A stretch of DNA of 64,000 nucleotides from Balanoglossus misakiensis. Lineage: Eukaryota; Animalia; Hemichordata. Of the stretch, positions 23,129 through 37,594 are shown piece after piece. The position numbers and the translations under genes are program-made. The notes under the pieces were generated by a model, which was not told the DNA's origin, ran no database searches, and worked only from the letters and a program-made list of their open reading frames with translations. Where the stretch lies: contig CM082585.2 of the NCBI GenBank assembly GCA_040954595.2, positions 3,254,902 through 3,318,901 on the forward strand, written 5' to 3'. How positions within the stretch are numbered: the stretch's first letter is position 1; each line of letters starts with the position of its first letter.

Positions 23129-23856
23129 GATGGCATTGCACGAAACCGTCAAGACTTTTTCAGAGGCCTATTTCTCATCAACGAGAAAATTAAAACCCCT
23201 ATAAACCATTCATATTCTGGAAGCTGAGTTTTTTAACTTTTGTTTGAGGTAGACATTTTATTGATCCCCGGAAATGGTGGCGTTTTTGGGTTAAAAACAC
23301 CATTTTTGATATTATGTCATTCAATTGAAATTAGGTAAAACATTTGACCATGCATCATGCATCTTAATATGTCATTCGAAACTAGTGTACACGTGCGAAA
23401 AAAAACGAAAATTTTGTTTTGCGTTATCTGCTTCCATTGAGTAACAGCGTTTGTAAGTTAGATTTTTAGGAAATTTGATAAAATTTACGATGAGTTGTAT
23501 TGAATCAGTTTATTTCCGCCAGGAACACTTTATCGACTAAAAAAATTTCGTATTGTTAGATGGGTCATACATAATCCCCTGTTAAAACTTGAGCACATTC
23601 GGCCAACGCAGAGCGAAGCTAAATTCCTCTGAAGTTGTCAAAAGCAGCGAAAATGCAAACTGAGAAAAATGGCAGTTTGCATTGTTGACACCTATTTCTT
23701 TAGCTGTGGACTCATTCAGAAAAGTGCCATTTTGTGGTGATTATGCACCATTTCCGCCAAGACGCATTTGTCAGAATGTGGATCAGTATTAGAACTACCG
23801 ATTTATGTAAAAAAGTAAAATTTGGCAAAAATCACAACTTTTCATGCAATGCCACC
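23129..23856. mobile_element. Kolobok-like MITE (older copy)
   Basis: TIRs GATGGCATTGCACGAAA / TTTCATGCAATGCCACC; TTAA on the right flank, left flank degenerate. Confidence 0.55.
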
Positions 23857-24165
23857 TTAACATAATTATAATGTCACTTGATAAAATCCTTCATATTTGT
23901 GATGAGTACTTCAACATTTGGGGAGAGAGTCTCTATCGATGGCCATGATTCCCCTTTACGGCAAAATGTATATTAAATCAGTAAATTTGCGAATCGCCGT
24001 ACGACCCAGGTGCCTTAAAACCCGTATCTGGGCCGTAAAGGTTTTATCATATGCCTAATTGAACGATAATCTACAAGAAATAAATAAAATACACATTCTA
24101 TAATGTTTTCGAATGTAAATATTACGAGTTTAAATGTCGTTTTGAAATGATCAATCGCGTAGCAT

Positions 24166-27100
24166 TTATATATAATTCCCCCGTATTTCGAACGAGCGTG
24201 TCTGCGTCGCGGACGAGTGATTCCCCGTATAGCGGCCGTATCCCTCCGAGCCGCAGGCGAGGAGGGATACAGCTATACGGGGAATCACGAGTTCGCGACG
24301 CAGACACACGAGTGAGGAATGCGGGGGAATTATACTTTTTATCACATACATAGACCAAGTTTCCATGAAATTGAGTTTCATTGTGAATTGAAAACATTTC
24401 AGCAAAAGAAAGATAGCACTATTTTATAATAATAATAATAATAATGCTTTATTGCTCTTTTAGGCCTCCAGCCCATATTGCAAACTTATATTTATACACA
24501 CAGAATTTTACAGAGAGTACAAAAAGAGAAAAGAGATAAAAATTACAAACATTCTTTTCTCAAACTGATTGCTTTGTGAACAAATAAGGCCAGATTTCGT
24601 ATTTCTTTGTTATTTTCTGAAGCCATGAGTGAGTAATATTTTTCGAGTGTTGGAATTGTATATGACCATCTCGGTAAATACATGCTTCTTAAAGTCTGGT
24701 ATAAAGGACAGATACAAATAAAGTGATATTCGTCCTCGATCTCAGTAGACCCACATACTCTGCAAATTCTATCTTCAAAGTCGATTCCCTGTGCCCTCCC
24801 CTCCTCAACTGCCAAATCAAAACCACAAGTTCTAAGACGAGCGAGGGCACTCCTTAGTTTGAAAACAATATTCAATTTTAAGTAGTTCTCTGTATGAAAT
24901 GATGTTTTAAAGTTACAGTACAAACGAAGTTTACTCTTACTACAGGTGTCTGAGAAACAGTTTTGTTTGAAAATATCACTTGCTCTTGTCATAAAATTGA
25001 GAAGAAAAAGATCAAAATCCCCTGGGCCTTGCCATAGCCATACATCTCCAAAACCGTGTTCATGCAAAAGACATTTTACATTTGTTGCCCATGATTTTTT
25101 CCCATTTTTGTCCAGTGTCACCGATAATTTGTAGGCATGTTTGGCTACTCTGTTTGTGGGCATTTTTAATAACTTGAACCAGTATAAAATAACTTTCTTA
25201 AAAGTGTGAATAAATATTGGATGTCTTCCACAATCTCCTAGAATGCAAGCATCTGGTGTAGTTGATTTAACGCCCATAAAGGCTTTACAATATTTCAGTT
25301 GTACTCTTTCAGCAACTTGATATCTCTGATATCCCTATATTTCAGATCCATATGTTAAGACTGGCAATATCATGGAATCAAAAAGTTTAAAATAGTCTTT
25401 AAAAGATAAAGTGCCACTGTTTTTAATCATACGGAAAATAGCGCCCATAGCTTTTCTGGCTTGGTCTGAGAGTACGGTAACAGCTTTACTCCAGATGTTT
25501 CTACTTGAAATTATTAAACCTAAATATTTGTAGTAACTGACAGTTTTTAGTTGTTCTCTATTATAAAACCATTTTTCACATTTCTTTAAAACACCCCCTC
25601 TACGAAAAACAATTATTTGTGACTTTTCCATATTTACAGATAGTTTCCATTTATGACAGAAACATTCCAGTACTCTAGTCAGTCTTTGTAGCCCAACTGG
25701 CGTATCACTAAAAATTGTAACATCATCAGCATAAAGAAGTGCAAATAGGTCGTAAAGTTCTTGAGTGATTTGAATACCATGATTACCCGAATTTACTAAC
25801 ATATTATTTAATTCATTGATGAACAGAGAAAAAAGAAAAGGACTCAACATACACCCTTGTCGAACTCCGACAGAGCAATTAAAGAAATCGGTTACTCCAT
25901 TTCGACTCTTGACACAAGATTTAACTTCTTTATAAATGGATTTAAGAATATTATACATTTTGCCCATGACACCCTCTAGACAAAGTCTATATAACAAGAG
26001 ATTGTGATTTACTGAATCAAAAGCTTTACTGAAATCTACAAACAAACAATAGAAACGACCTTTTGATCTAGAAAGATATTTCTGTACCATAATGTGAAGA
26101 ACAAAGATATTATCAACAGCGCTAAAACCACGTCTGAAACCAGCTTGACATTCAGTGATACAACCTTGCATTTCAGCCCATTTTACAAGTCTCTGATTTA
26201 GTATAAAAGTAAAAATCTTGCCTCTGAAATTGTTTGGGTCATGTAAACTACCCTTCTTATGAAGTGGTACAATTATTCCCTTACTCCACTCGCTTGGAAA
26301 AACACCAGAGTCAAAAATGGCATTGAACGTGAAATCAAGTACCGTGATTAGACTTTGTTTTGCATTTCGATAAAATTCATTGGGGATACCATCCGGACCC
26401 GGGGATTTACCAGCTTTTAACTTATTCAGTGCACAGACGATTTCTTGAGTTGTAATATGACTATTTAGAATCTCTTCAGCACTATTTTAAAACGATCGAC
26501 AGATCATGTTATGCGGTCGGGGTCCTGTGTCGGGGTCACACGCAAACGGACATTAAACCACGATCAGCTGTTAGTAATAACGGGCCCCGAAGGTTAAGTT
26601 TATCGCGCTATTTCTGAGTGAAATCAGACGAAATATGAGACACCTGACGATATTTTTTGTAGGTAAATATGGTTGATAACACAGCAAATTCAGAAACTAC
26701 GTGAACGTTACTTGACAGCGCGGCCCATTGTTTACAACACCGGACATTTTATAAGGGTCGAACTCAACAACATTGACTTTTCGAATAGAAATTGCAAGCA
26801 GCATATCAATTTCATATTTGTGAAACACTTTAGCAATAAAATCATTGTTAAATATTTATATTGAAGACGTGTCGGTTTAAAATCTAAACGCAAACTTTTA
26901 TCCAAGATTAACAGAGAAATTGCTGCATGGATAAACATCATGTATCTGAAACATTGAAAACAACAATAGTTCGTGGTGAATCGACGTCAAATTTACTGAA
27001 AATGCTGGGAAATGACGAGAATAAATTGGCTTTTATCCTACTACGTTCATGTCCTGAGAAATGTCGTTGCTACTGCCTGAAATAAAACATGGTCATCGCT

Positions 27101-27441
27101 CGCCTGCTCGACTCGACCTGTTGACTGGCTGCAAGCTGCTGGGGTTGTGCTGCTCGATGCTCCAGCGATGTCGATCGTGACGTTTAACTTGCAATTTTAC
27201 ATGCTCATTTTACATTTAAAACATGTGCTTTATTACCCCATATTTCCCTGTGCTTCAAAAGTCTCCCTCTTTTGGGATTCGGGCATATTTCTGATCGAGA
27301 ACAGGTGATGTTTGTTTGTTTACATAACGAAAATAGTCCGGGCATCCATATTCAACACATGTGTAATAAGGATTCGTCGAGGTCATATACCTGTAGTGTG
27401 ACGTCACACTATAGGGTTAACTGGGTCTATGTATGTGATAA
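24166..27441 (-). mobile_element. Non-autonomous Crypton-like element (element 3), ~1.2 kb plus a nested LINE
   Basis: 19-bp inverted pair 27424-27442 / 24338-24356 abuts a 164-bp hairpin (24171-24334) with six unpaired CGAG (CTCG on minus). No YR ORF. No empty site is available, so the ends are approximate. Confidence 0.75.
24427..26477 (-). mobile_element. 5'-truncated RTEX-like non-LTR retrotransposon (RT plus C-terminal CCHC region)
   Basis: RT motifs QAGFR, FVDFSKAFDSV, GVRQGCMLSP, LLYADD, YKYLG. C-terminus RICRVC...EDEYHFICICPLY. (TTA)n tail. 12-bp TSD AGCACTATTTTA (24415-24426 and 26478-26489). In-frame stop at 25335. Confidence 0.9.
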
Positions 27442-28065
27442 AGAGCTGTATTCCTCCAGTTCTTGCGGATTGATATGATTTATGTCATTTGTTTACATTC
27501 TGTTGCACGTGAGTTATAGACGCGCTCGAACTCGCACAGCTGAGCGCGAGCGATATGTTATTTCTTTTCCTCGCAACGATCGACGCCGACAGTCACACAT
27601 TCATGCATTAATCAGATCAAATCATCACCATCTGCGTCATGAAATGCTAAATTCCTGGGGCCACCTGTAACTTACTTGCGTAACTCATTATTATGGCCAT
27701 ATCTAATTTGACAAACCCAAAGGGCGGGGATTTTCCGTTGTCTTGAATATGAACCAAATAAGAATCCTAATTTTTGGCCCAATTTTGGGTACCCTCAGCT
27801 GACCTTTGATGTACTTACTGAAGTACTTACAACGTAGAAGTTCACCTTTGGTTGCTGTGTTTGTACTTGTAGGACATGCATTTCGGGTGGTTGCCTACTT
27901 CCCCATATCTCAACATCGAGAGCAAATACAGCCTGCGCATTTGAATGGTACAACCCTGAATGGAGTCTTATGGTTATTCACTCTATGCTTGGGCCCCTTC
28001 AACGCTGCTTGCAGCTTTAATTTAAGTGTTGAAAGTTATAGATCATATTGTAAACAAGTCCTTAA

Positions 28066-28642
28066 AGTGCCTATGTCATGCTGTGAAAAGTTTTCATTTT
28101 CCACGTCAAAAGCTCACCTAGGGTACCTGTCTATGCATTGCCTATTGTGTCGGTTCCGAAAAATGTGCGCGAATGCCGGAATTTGCCACCTTTTTTTCAT
28201 GCCTGTGATCAGGGAGCCACTTCGCACTCGAGCCAGGCGAAGGTATTTGCTTATGGACAAACAAGTACACTACATCCTAGTGTACCATTCTGCTAACAGT
28301 AAAGTGTAATTAGCGGTCCATGCATAATTAAGTCCACAGACAAAGACAAGCTATATAAAAAGTGTTCAAAGCAAAGGAAGCCCTTGCCTCACATTACAGG
28401 CAGAGGATTTACGAAGGTGCGAAAGACTATTTGTCCACATCAAGATAAGTCTTCCACTGAACTTCGAAAAGCCGAAAAAACTCGACTGAGTTGGGTTAGG
28501 GGTACACGCCCACCCGCCACTTTTACTTGCCTGTTATCTATGCACAGAGGGCAAAACGCATTGCAAGATAGTAACATACGTTAACGTCAAGACCCAAAAT
28601 AGTGATTTTACGCGTTGTTGTATAGGGCATGACATAGGCACT
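28066..28642. mobile_element. Kolobok-like MITE
   Basis: Perfect 16-bp TIR AGTGCCTATGTCATGC with TTAA on both flanks. Confidence 0.85.
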
Positions 28643-30730
28643 TTAAGCTTCCAAAATTCTCATGTTCGAAATAAGTGTGAAATACTTAGTGAGGTTATTA
28701 AAATAATTTTTTTTCAAAAATCATACAGCAGTCATTAACTGAAAGTATTTATTTATTTATTTATTTTTTTATTTATTTATTTTTTTATTTATTTATTTAT
28801 TTATTTATTTGTAAAACACCTTACTAGCCTAAAACTGGTCATTTGCTACTTTTCGACACAGAGCAAAAGCTTTGCTTAGACTGTCGCAACATTTATCAGT
28901 TTGGGTACCAGAATTCACAAGCCGAAATGACAATCACAGCCCAAAATGTTACATCTCAACTTATTTGACGCTAGTTTGCGCGCGCTGGATAGTTTGACAG
29001 ATCACAGAGTCGCTTATTTTGATACCAGGGCGCGTAATAAATTTCGTCGACAGACTGCAACATTTAGATGAAAAATGAGAAGATGTATCAAAGGTTAAAA
29101 CATTCTAGGATAATTAGCAAACTCAATTGCCTAGGGGGCCCTAATCAGATGCCGCCAAAAAGGAAAACGATGTGTCCATTGTGACTGGCAATCTGTCACT
29201 ACTTTAACTCTGATGTCTTCTATCTTTGTACTTATATATCGTCCACTGCCTCAGTTTCCAGCCAAGCACAGAATACAGAATTGTTCGTCAGTTATTTTAT
29301 GTTATTGTTGTTGTTTTGTTATTATCGTCTTTATGCATGTGTGCGATGGGGATAGAGAGAAAAGAAATCGTTGAATAATGTCATTTTTTACAGATTATTA
29401 CTACGCACTTAAAGCTCATCTTCGAAACGGTTACAGACATAAGCTACACGCAAACGTATTAGACACGTGTCAGACAGATATAGGAATATGGAATTGAACT
29501 TTAGGGAACAACACATGCCGTCGTTTGGTTTAAATCAATTGAAATAGTGAAATGTAAGCAAACGAAAGGTTGTCATGTACGGTTTATAGGAATGACTCTT
29601 TCTAACAAGCATCGCGTATCGTGTTCAGTGCTAATATTAACGCTGTAAACGTTAGGGGGCAAATTATAGTTAATACAACAACAGACGGCCCCTATTATTT
29701 TCTTTTTCTTTTTTGTAAAACCCCTGCCTACTCGACTATCATAACAAATCGAAAAGCTTTTGCAAAGAGAAGCATCGCTTGAAAACAACCACGGCAAGTA
29801 ACAAGTCCGCAAACGCACCAAAACCCAACGACACTAAACCGTACGATATCCAAATTTTGGCGGAAAGATGTAATAATACGAGCAGATTGTAAACTCTCGG
29901 CGGTGTGATCTCGGGTACAATCAGTACCATTTAGGCGCTCTAATGCATTTGGCCGCCGGTCATTCCCCAACCACATCTCGACAGTTTGCCGATAGTCGTT
30001 GTCATCACTTTGATGAAATAGGTACGTCGGAGTTTTTCTCGCAGGGTTTCGAGTGCATCATCGAACAAGCGACCCCATATGTGAAAGGGCGCCACCAAGC
30101 TCAGATGGAAGGTTTTTTTGGCAAGCATGCACTCTTCAGGTAGAAGTGTGCGTAGGACGAATATTTAAATATTTTCGAGAAACATGGTCTATAAATGCAT
30201 ACATTTTACAAGCTTTAGTTAACGTGGCCGCTTGCCAACTTGCTTTGTGAAAATGTATAACCATCACCCACGCTTTGAACAGGTTGACCTCTGTCCATAT
30301 ATCTCTTTCTTATCTTCTATGGTGATCGGTGGCAGAGGGAGATATATTGCTCATAGGAGTGTGTTTAGTATACAAGAGAATAGTGCAGTAGCCTTATTTA
30401 AATATTATCAACAATGCACATTGTGAACCCGCCCAAACGTTGGGAATAGTCGACAGCCTTTAAACAGGAACTAAGCGCAAATATTCAACACGGTAAAACT
30501 AACCTTCGAGATCGTACAGAGAAATATCTTACACACAGTGGAGGGACCATGACTTATATTAGTTTAAACGTTAAAAACTGCCGCAGGCAGTTCGGGTTGT
30601 TTGGCCCGTTATGGAGATGTTGAGTGTTCTTATCGTTTGTTCAAGAATGCCGTCACCTGTGCTTCACTTTTAAATAGCCAGGGTTCAGTAGGGTCAGCTA
30701 CCTAGCCACAGGTAGGGAAGGGAAGACAAG

Positions 30731-32215
30731 ATGGCGTCGAATATGTCCGAAGTGAAGCAGCACATGAAGGACGGGCTGCTGTCATGCGCAATCTGTTCCG
30801 AAGTGTACAGGACACCAAAGGTACTGCCCTACAGACGAACTACCAACTGGCGGAACTAGTCGGGTTGCCAAATACAGATTTATGCCCTAACCCAAAATAT
30901 CAGTATGCACAATGTTTTTTTGCAGATTACTCAACTATAACCCAAATCTTTATGATGCCACCTTGGCACCATTGAGGGTTTCGAGAAATCCAAGACGGCC
31001 GCCAAGATGGCCATCAACCATGAAACAATAATTTTGGTAATAGTCGAACTACGTGTCTGCTTTTTTCTCTATTTCTGTTTTCGGGGCCATTGAATCCATA
31101 TTTAGCATTGGTTGGAAACCAGAAAACCGAGCCCTCCAATTTGGCTGTTTCCGATGACGGTATTTACTATGTCACGGACATCGGCAACGGGCAGATTGTC
31201 GTCTGCGACAAGGACAGCCACCTGCTGAGAACCTTCGGCCAAGACGAGCCCCTCAAACCAGATGGTATCGTGCTGACACGAGACGGGTACTGCCCTACAG
31301 ACGAACTACCAACTGGCGGAACTAGTCGGGTTGCCAAATACAGATTTATGCCCTAACCCAAAATATCAGTATGCACAATGTTTTTTTGCAGATTACTCAA
31401 CTATAACCCAAATCTTTATGATGCCACCTTGGCACCATTGAGGGTTTCGAGAAATCCAAGACGGCCGCCAAGATGGCCATCAACCATGAAACAATAATTT
31501 TGGTAATAGTCGAACTACGTGTCTGCTTTTTTCTCTATTTCTGTTTTCGGGGGCCATTGAATCCATATTTAGCATTGGTTGGAAACCAGAAAACCGAGCC
31601 CTCCAATTTGGCTGTTTCCGATGACGGTATTTACTATGTCACGGACATCGGCAACGGGCAGATTGTCGTCTGCGACAAGGACAGCCACCTGCTGAGAACC
31701 TTCGGCCAAGACGAGCCCCTCAAACCAGATGGTATCGTGCTGACACGAGACGGGTTCGTCGTCATGAGCGATTTGCAGAAGATGGCCACTACCTCAGGAA
31801 GTACACGCTTGACGGGCGACACGTAGCGACGTGCGGAAAAAGTGGCAGCGGCCCCGGGGAGTTCAACTGTCCATCCTCGCTCGCAGGAGTAACCAGTCAC
31901 AACCAGATTCTTGTCTCTGATGGAGCGATAACAATCAAATCCACATTCTGAACACGGATGGACGCTACGTATCTTCGGCAGCAATTTTTTGAGCGGGCCT
32001 GGTGGGATCGAAGAGGATCGGAACGACAACGTGTACGTCTGCGACGACGCCGCCAAAGTTTTGAAGTTCGACAAACGCGGGAAATTTCTGGAGACAGTCG
32101 TTCATGAAGGTGATATTGTTCCTTTCTACGTCGGGGTCAGGAGAAAAAAACGGCGTTCCTGGCAATCAGCGAAGGTTGCAACAACGATGTCAAAGTTGTC
32201 ACACTGCAAAGGTGA
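30731..32215 (+). pseudogene. TRIM-NHL pseudogene copy 1 (RING start plus NHL repeats)
   Basis: MASNMSEVKQHMKDGLLSCAICSEVYRTPKVLP, then a break. NHL repeats PSNLAVSDDGIYYVTDIGNGQIVV and GKSGSGPGEFNCP. Frameshifts present. Confidence 0.8.
30821..31754 (+). repeat. Near-perfect ~466-bp tandem duplication within TRIM copy 1
   Basis: GTACTGCCCTACAGACGAAC at 30821 and 31287; the copies differ by about one G. Confidence 0.92.
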
Positions 32216-33591
32216 ATGCACGTGAACGAGTCGCAATCCCAACTGTCTATCACACTTCATTTGTGGCACTTCATGCAACAGTGTCGCCATTGTTTTTAAC
32301 TTCCAGCTTGCTCTTCTCTTTTGAAGCTTTTTTCCACTATCACATATTGGCTTGGTTCCGGCTTCAAATAGCCACATGATAGACCAGAAGTCTCGTGCCG
32401 GTAACCGCCACACGGAATACTTACGTTACATAAGGGTACAGGACAAGAAACTTGATGACACGTGTACTACACAAGCAAAAGTACTGCAAACAATGTACAG
32501 CCAATGGGTTTCAATGGAAACTAACTGTATGTAATTTGGGCTGTTTTTCAACATTTTTTTCTGCGGTCATTTTATCCCTCTGTCTTTGCCACGTGATGAC
32601 AAACTGTGCATTTTCTGCTTTCTCAACAAATCGTGTATATCTGCAATAGCCATTATTCTTGACACGTGAATCTAAGTTAAGTTCGGACTTAAATTAAAAT
32701 TTGAACAATAAAAAGTCTCCCAGTTTGGCCAAAAATGCCTTATCATGGACGCTGCCGAAGCTTCACATTGAATTCGGGAACTGCTCAAGAAGATGTAGAC
32801 AATCAAGGAAAATTAGATCACGCATTTTGTTCCGCCATTCTTTATTTGTGGCCATCACCTTGAATTATTTTATATCTTTGTTTTCCTGATTAAATATTGT
32901 ACTGCTTCATTATAGGCATTGCCTCGATGTTTTACGTTTTTATATATATTTCTTACATCTATTTTACTCAATATAAATACAAATAAACAAATAACTAGTG
33001 TTACTTGAAGTGACAATCTCCACAATAAAAAGGCGTGGTGAAATTATCTCCGATAAATATGTTTAAATCAAAATGTGGAATTTCTGTGCACTCGATGTGT
33101 ACCTCTTATACCCCTGGTTAAATTTTATCTGACCTGCCTTCTCTCTGGGGTCTATGATATGCATGGCTTGGTGCAGTTGGCATTTGGGGTTATCAAAGTT
33201 TACGGCGCTCAATTGGACTTTGTAAATAAGGCATAAATAATACTTCAATCAATTACATTGACAGTTTTTCAGTTGTGGGGGGACACTCCCACCTCTACTA
33301 GAGACGCCATGTTCTCTTTTACAAGTTTCACGAACCATTTTGACGCTGCCATCTTTTTGGGTTATTCTCTTTTAATGAAGCAAGCAGGATAAATACACGT
33401 TTTGTAAAGGTAGGAATATCATTTTATGTGCGATTAGAGTGCTCATGTTAACATATCGAAGGGTTCATTTTCAATATTGGACGCGGCAGACACATATTCT
33501 AGTGGTGTATAGATAAGGTTGTTTTACACCACGTTGGCCAGATTATCGCACATATGCTGTAAAGCCCGATGAAGTTAAAGAACCCCACTTA

Positions 33592-34366
33592 GGAACCGTT
33601 CAGTTTTTACGGCTGGGTGGCCGGCAAGTTTGTGTCATCGGTTTTCAAAATCAGGCTGACCCCCCCCCCCCCTCTTCACCCATGAACAAAAAATGATGAC
33701 CCCCATTTGATAGGCCCAAAAATATGATGACCCCCCCCCCACGCCGAAAACATTCGTTGTCATTATCCTATGTACACTGTATACAATATAAAAGGGAATG
33801 AGGCTCCTAACACCTCAATTATAAATTTCTTAAAGTAATTAAAGTATATATCGGTATATCGTTTCAATAAAGCAATCTATGAATAAACTAAAATGACAAG
33901 TTAATACAATAGTTGCTAGAATTGGTAAAACAAGAAAAGTGGCGGGAGTAAAATACAGTGCTCAAAGTTGCCTTTTAATGAACTCAAAAGCAAATTAACT
34001 CAATGTTGGGGAGGACCAATTTTACTTTTGCCACTCCACTCAAAGTAAGCAATGGTGGGGTGGGGTTGCAAGTAGTCTGCCCTGGTACACTAGACAAACC
34101 AGCCAATGAATGACATGTGGCAAAGAATGGAGGGGTGGGTGAAGAGGGGGTGTACCCATCCCACATTAGAAAATTTTGTAAAATAAAGGGCGCGGAACTG
34201 CAATTTTGTGGACTCAAAAGCAAAAGTTCGGTGGCAAAAGTATGTGACCCCCTACACGTTTTAAAAAATATGACACCCCCCCCCCCCTTTGGACTTCAAA
34301 ATTTAAGTGACCCCCTCCCCCTTGGATTTTGCCGGGGCACCCCAGCCGTAAAAACTGAACGGTCCC
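33592..34366. mobile_element. PIF/Harbinger-like MITE
   Basis: TIR GG(A/G)ACCGTTCAGTTTTTACGGCTGGG; left flank TTA; duplicated with the host unit. Confidence 0.75.
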
Positions 34367-35902
34367 TTGGGCATTAATGCACACAAATTTATGTGAAGCT
34401 AAGTTCAGAGAATCACAATACACCACCTGAAACCACAATTTGTTAATCCAGATTGTACTAAAATTACTCCAGAAATTCGACGTAAACTGAGGTGTAGAAC
34501 ACTTCACGGTCAGAGTGGGTCATATTGGCCAATTTAAAGATGTTTTAACAGGAGACCCGTATTTGTCTCTGCTGATATTAAACATGTAAGTAAACAACAT
34601 TAATAGGAATGCCTTATACATAGACTTGACACCACATAATGTCATAATGGTGTAGGCTCGGGAAGTAAATAGAGTAAAAGTGGAGAATGAGTTGAAATAA
34701 CAGAACACAACAAGAATCACACCCATACAGATTTAAGGCACCGCAGGGTACTTACTGAAATGGACAAAAACCATCACGAACTGCATTGCTGTCAAATTTG
34801 ACAAGACCCGTGAACCAATTAGAGAGTTTGTGTATGCTTATCTTTGACATAGGCAGAGTTGAACCTTTTTGATCAAACGTGAGAATATTTTCAGCAAACG
34901 TTCTCCACAGATATATGCAGGCACAATGTTCGCTTATACATCACGTCATCAAAGCGTGCTCACATGCTTCTTTTCATTGTATTTCAAATTTATTATTAAC
35001 ATTTTAAAGGTCGGTGTCCCCTATTAAAAGTTTTCAAGGTGGTCAGAGAGTGGTTACCTATTGGAGGAATGTTAGTTTAACATAACTATTTATAAACGTC
35101 TGGCCTGGAATTCCTACCTTGGGTCAAACTACGGTTCCTGGCATGTCTCTTGAGGTCAAACTGAATAAGTATTAAGCATTCTTATCTCAAGTGGCAAAAT
35201 AATAAATTTAAATCAGAGCAGCCACGTGATAACACGAAACAAAAATTGTTTCATAGTATTATTCAGGTGTGATGGACTTGACATTGGTACTTTACCCAAC
35301 TTGCCAACTTGCTTGGTGAAAATTTACCACCATCACCCACGCTTTGACAAGGTTGACCTCTGTCCAATTTATTCAAGTTGCAAGATCGTTGCATGTGTAG
35401 GCCTGCGTTTGTACATGTAAATGTATTTCTTAACACGCGTTATATCTCATTCTTATCTTCAATGGTGATCGGTGGCAGAGGGAGATAGATTGGTTATAAG
35501 GGTGTGTTTAGTATACTAGAGAATAGTGCAGTAGCCTTATTTAAATATTATCAACAGTGCACATTGTGAACCCGCCCAAACCTTTGGAATAGTCGACAGC
35601 CTTTAAACAGGAACTAAGCGCAAATATAAGTAAAACTAACTTATGAGATCGTACAGAGAAATAACTTATACACAGTGGAGGGACCGCGACTTATATTAGC
35701 TTAAACGTTAAAACGGACACAGGCAGTTCAGGTTGTTTGTCCCATTATGGAGTCATGACTAAGTGCTGGTAGTCGTTGAGTGTTCTTATCGTTTGTTCAA
35801 GAATGACGTCACTTGTGCTTCACTTTTGAATAGCCAGAGTTCAGTAGGGTCAGCTACCTAGCCACAGGTAGAACATTTGTTGCTGAGGGACGGGAAGACA
35901 AG

Positions 35903-36002
35903 ATGGCGTCGAATATGTCCGAAGTGAAGCAGCACATGAAGCACGGGCTGCTGTCATGCGCAATCTGTTCCGAAGTGTACAGGACACCAAAGGTACTGCC
36001 CT
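35903..36002 (+). pseudogene. TRIM pseudogene copy 2 (RING start only)
   Basis: MASNMSEVKQHMKHGLLSCAICSEVYRTPKVLP with the same breakpoint as copy 1; NHL region deleted. Confidence 0.75.
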
Positions 36003-36404
36003 ACAGACAAACTACCAACTGGCGGAACTAGTCGGGTTGCCAAATACAGATGTATGCCCTAACCCAAAATATCAGTATGCACAATGTTTTTTTGCAGATT
36101 ACTCAACGCCGTGTTCTCTTCTACAAGTTACACGTACCATTTTGACGCTGCCATCTCTTTGGGTCATTCTCTTTTAATGAAGCAAGCAGGATAAATACAC
36201 GCTTTGTACAGGTAGGAATATCATTTTATGTGCGATTAGAGTACTCATGTTAACAAATCGAAGGGTTCATTTTCAATATTGGACGCGGCAGACACTTTGC
36301 ATATTCTAGTGGTGTATACATGTAGATAAGGTTGTTTTACACCACGTTGGCCAGATTATCGCTCATATGCTGTAAAGCCCGATGAAGTTAAGGAACCCCA
36401 ATTA

Positions 36405-37176
36405 GGAACCGTTCAGTTTTTATGGCTGGGTGGCTGGCAAGTTTGTGTCATCGGTTTTCAAAATCAGGCTGACCCCCCCCCCTTCACCCATGACCAAAAA
36501 ATGATGACCCTCATTTGATAGGCCCAAACATATGATGACCCCCCCCCCCCCCACGCCGAAAACATTCGTTGTCCTTATCCTATGTACACTGTATGCAATA
36601 TAAAAGGGAATGAGGCTCCTAACACCTCAATTATAAATTTCTTAAAGTAATTAAAGTATATATCGGTATATCGTTTCAATAAAGCAATCTATGAATAAAC
36701 TAAAATGACAAGTTAATACAATAGTTGATAGAACTGGTAAAACAAGAATAGTGGCGGGGGTAAAATACAGTGCTCAAAGTTGCATTTTAATAAACTCAAA
36801 AGCAAATTAACTCAATGTTGGGGAGGACCAATTTTACTGTTGCCACTCCACTCAAAGTAAGCATCGGTGGGGTGGGGTGGCAAGTAGTCTGCCCTGGTAC
36901 ACTAGACAAACCAGCCAATGAATGACATGTGGCAAAGAATGGAGGGGGTGGGTGTAGAGGGGGTGTACCCATCCCACATCAGAAAATTTTGTAAAATAAA
37001 GGGCATGGAACTGCAATTATGTGGACTCAAAAGCAAAAGTTCGGTGGCAAAAGTATGTGACCCCCTACACGTTTTAAAAAATATGACACCCCCCCCCTTT
37101 GGACTTCAAAATTTAAGTGACCCCCTCCCCCTTGGATTTTGCCGGGGCACCCCAGCCGTAAAAACTGAACGGTCCC
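36405..37176. mobile_element. PIF/Harbinger-like MITE (paralogous copy)
   Basis: Same TIRs and flanks as 33592-34366. Confidence 0.75.
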
Positions 37177-37594
37177 TTGGGCATTAATGCACACAAATTT
37201 ATGTGAAGCTAAGTTCAGAGAATCACAATACACCACCTGAAACCACAATTTGTTAATCCAGATTGTACTAAAATTACTCCAGAAATTCGACGTAAACTGA
37301 GGTGTAGAACACTTTACGGTCAGAGTGGGTCATATTGGCCAATTTAAAGATGTTTTAACAGGAGACCCGTATTTGTCTCTGCTGATATTAAACATGTAAG
37401 TAAACAACATTAATAGGAATGCCTTATACATAGACTTGACACCACATAATGTCATAATGGTGTAGGCTCGGGAAGTAAATAGAGTAAAAGTGGAGAATGA
37501 GTTGAAATAACAGAACACAACAAGAATCACACCCATACAGATTTAAGGCACCGCAGGGTACTTACTGAAATGGACAAAAACCATCACGAACTGC

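Noticed and set aside
27806-28309. 167-aa ORF
   Set aside because: Crosses a MITE boundary and has no recognisable motif.
29728-30143. Possible kinase C-lobe relic (YRQTVEMWLGNDRRPNALE, minus strand)
   Set aside because: One weak motif among stops; cannot be supported without BLASTX.
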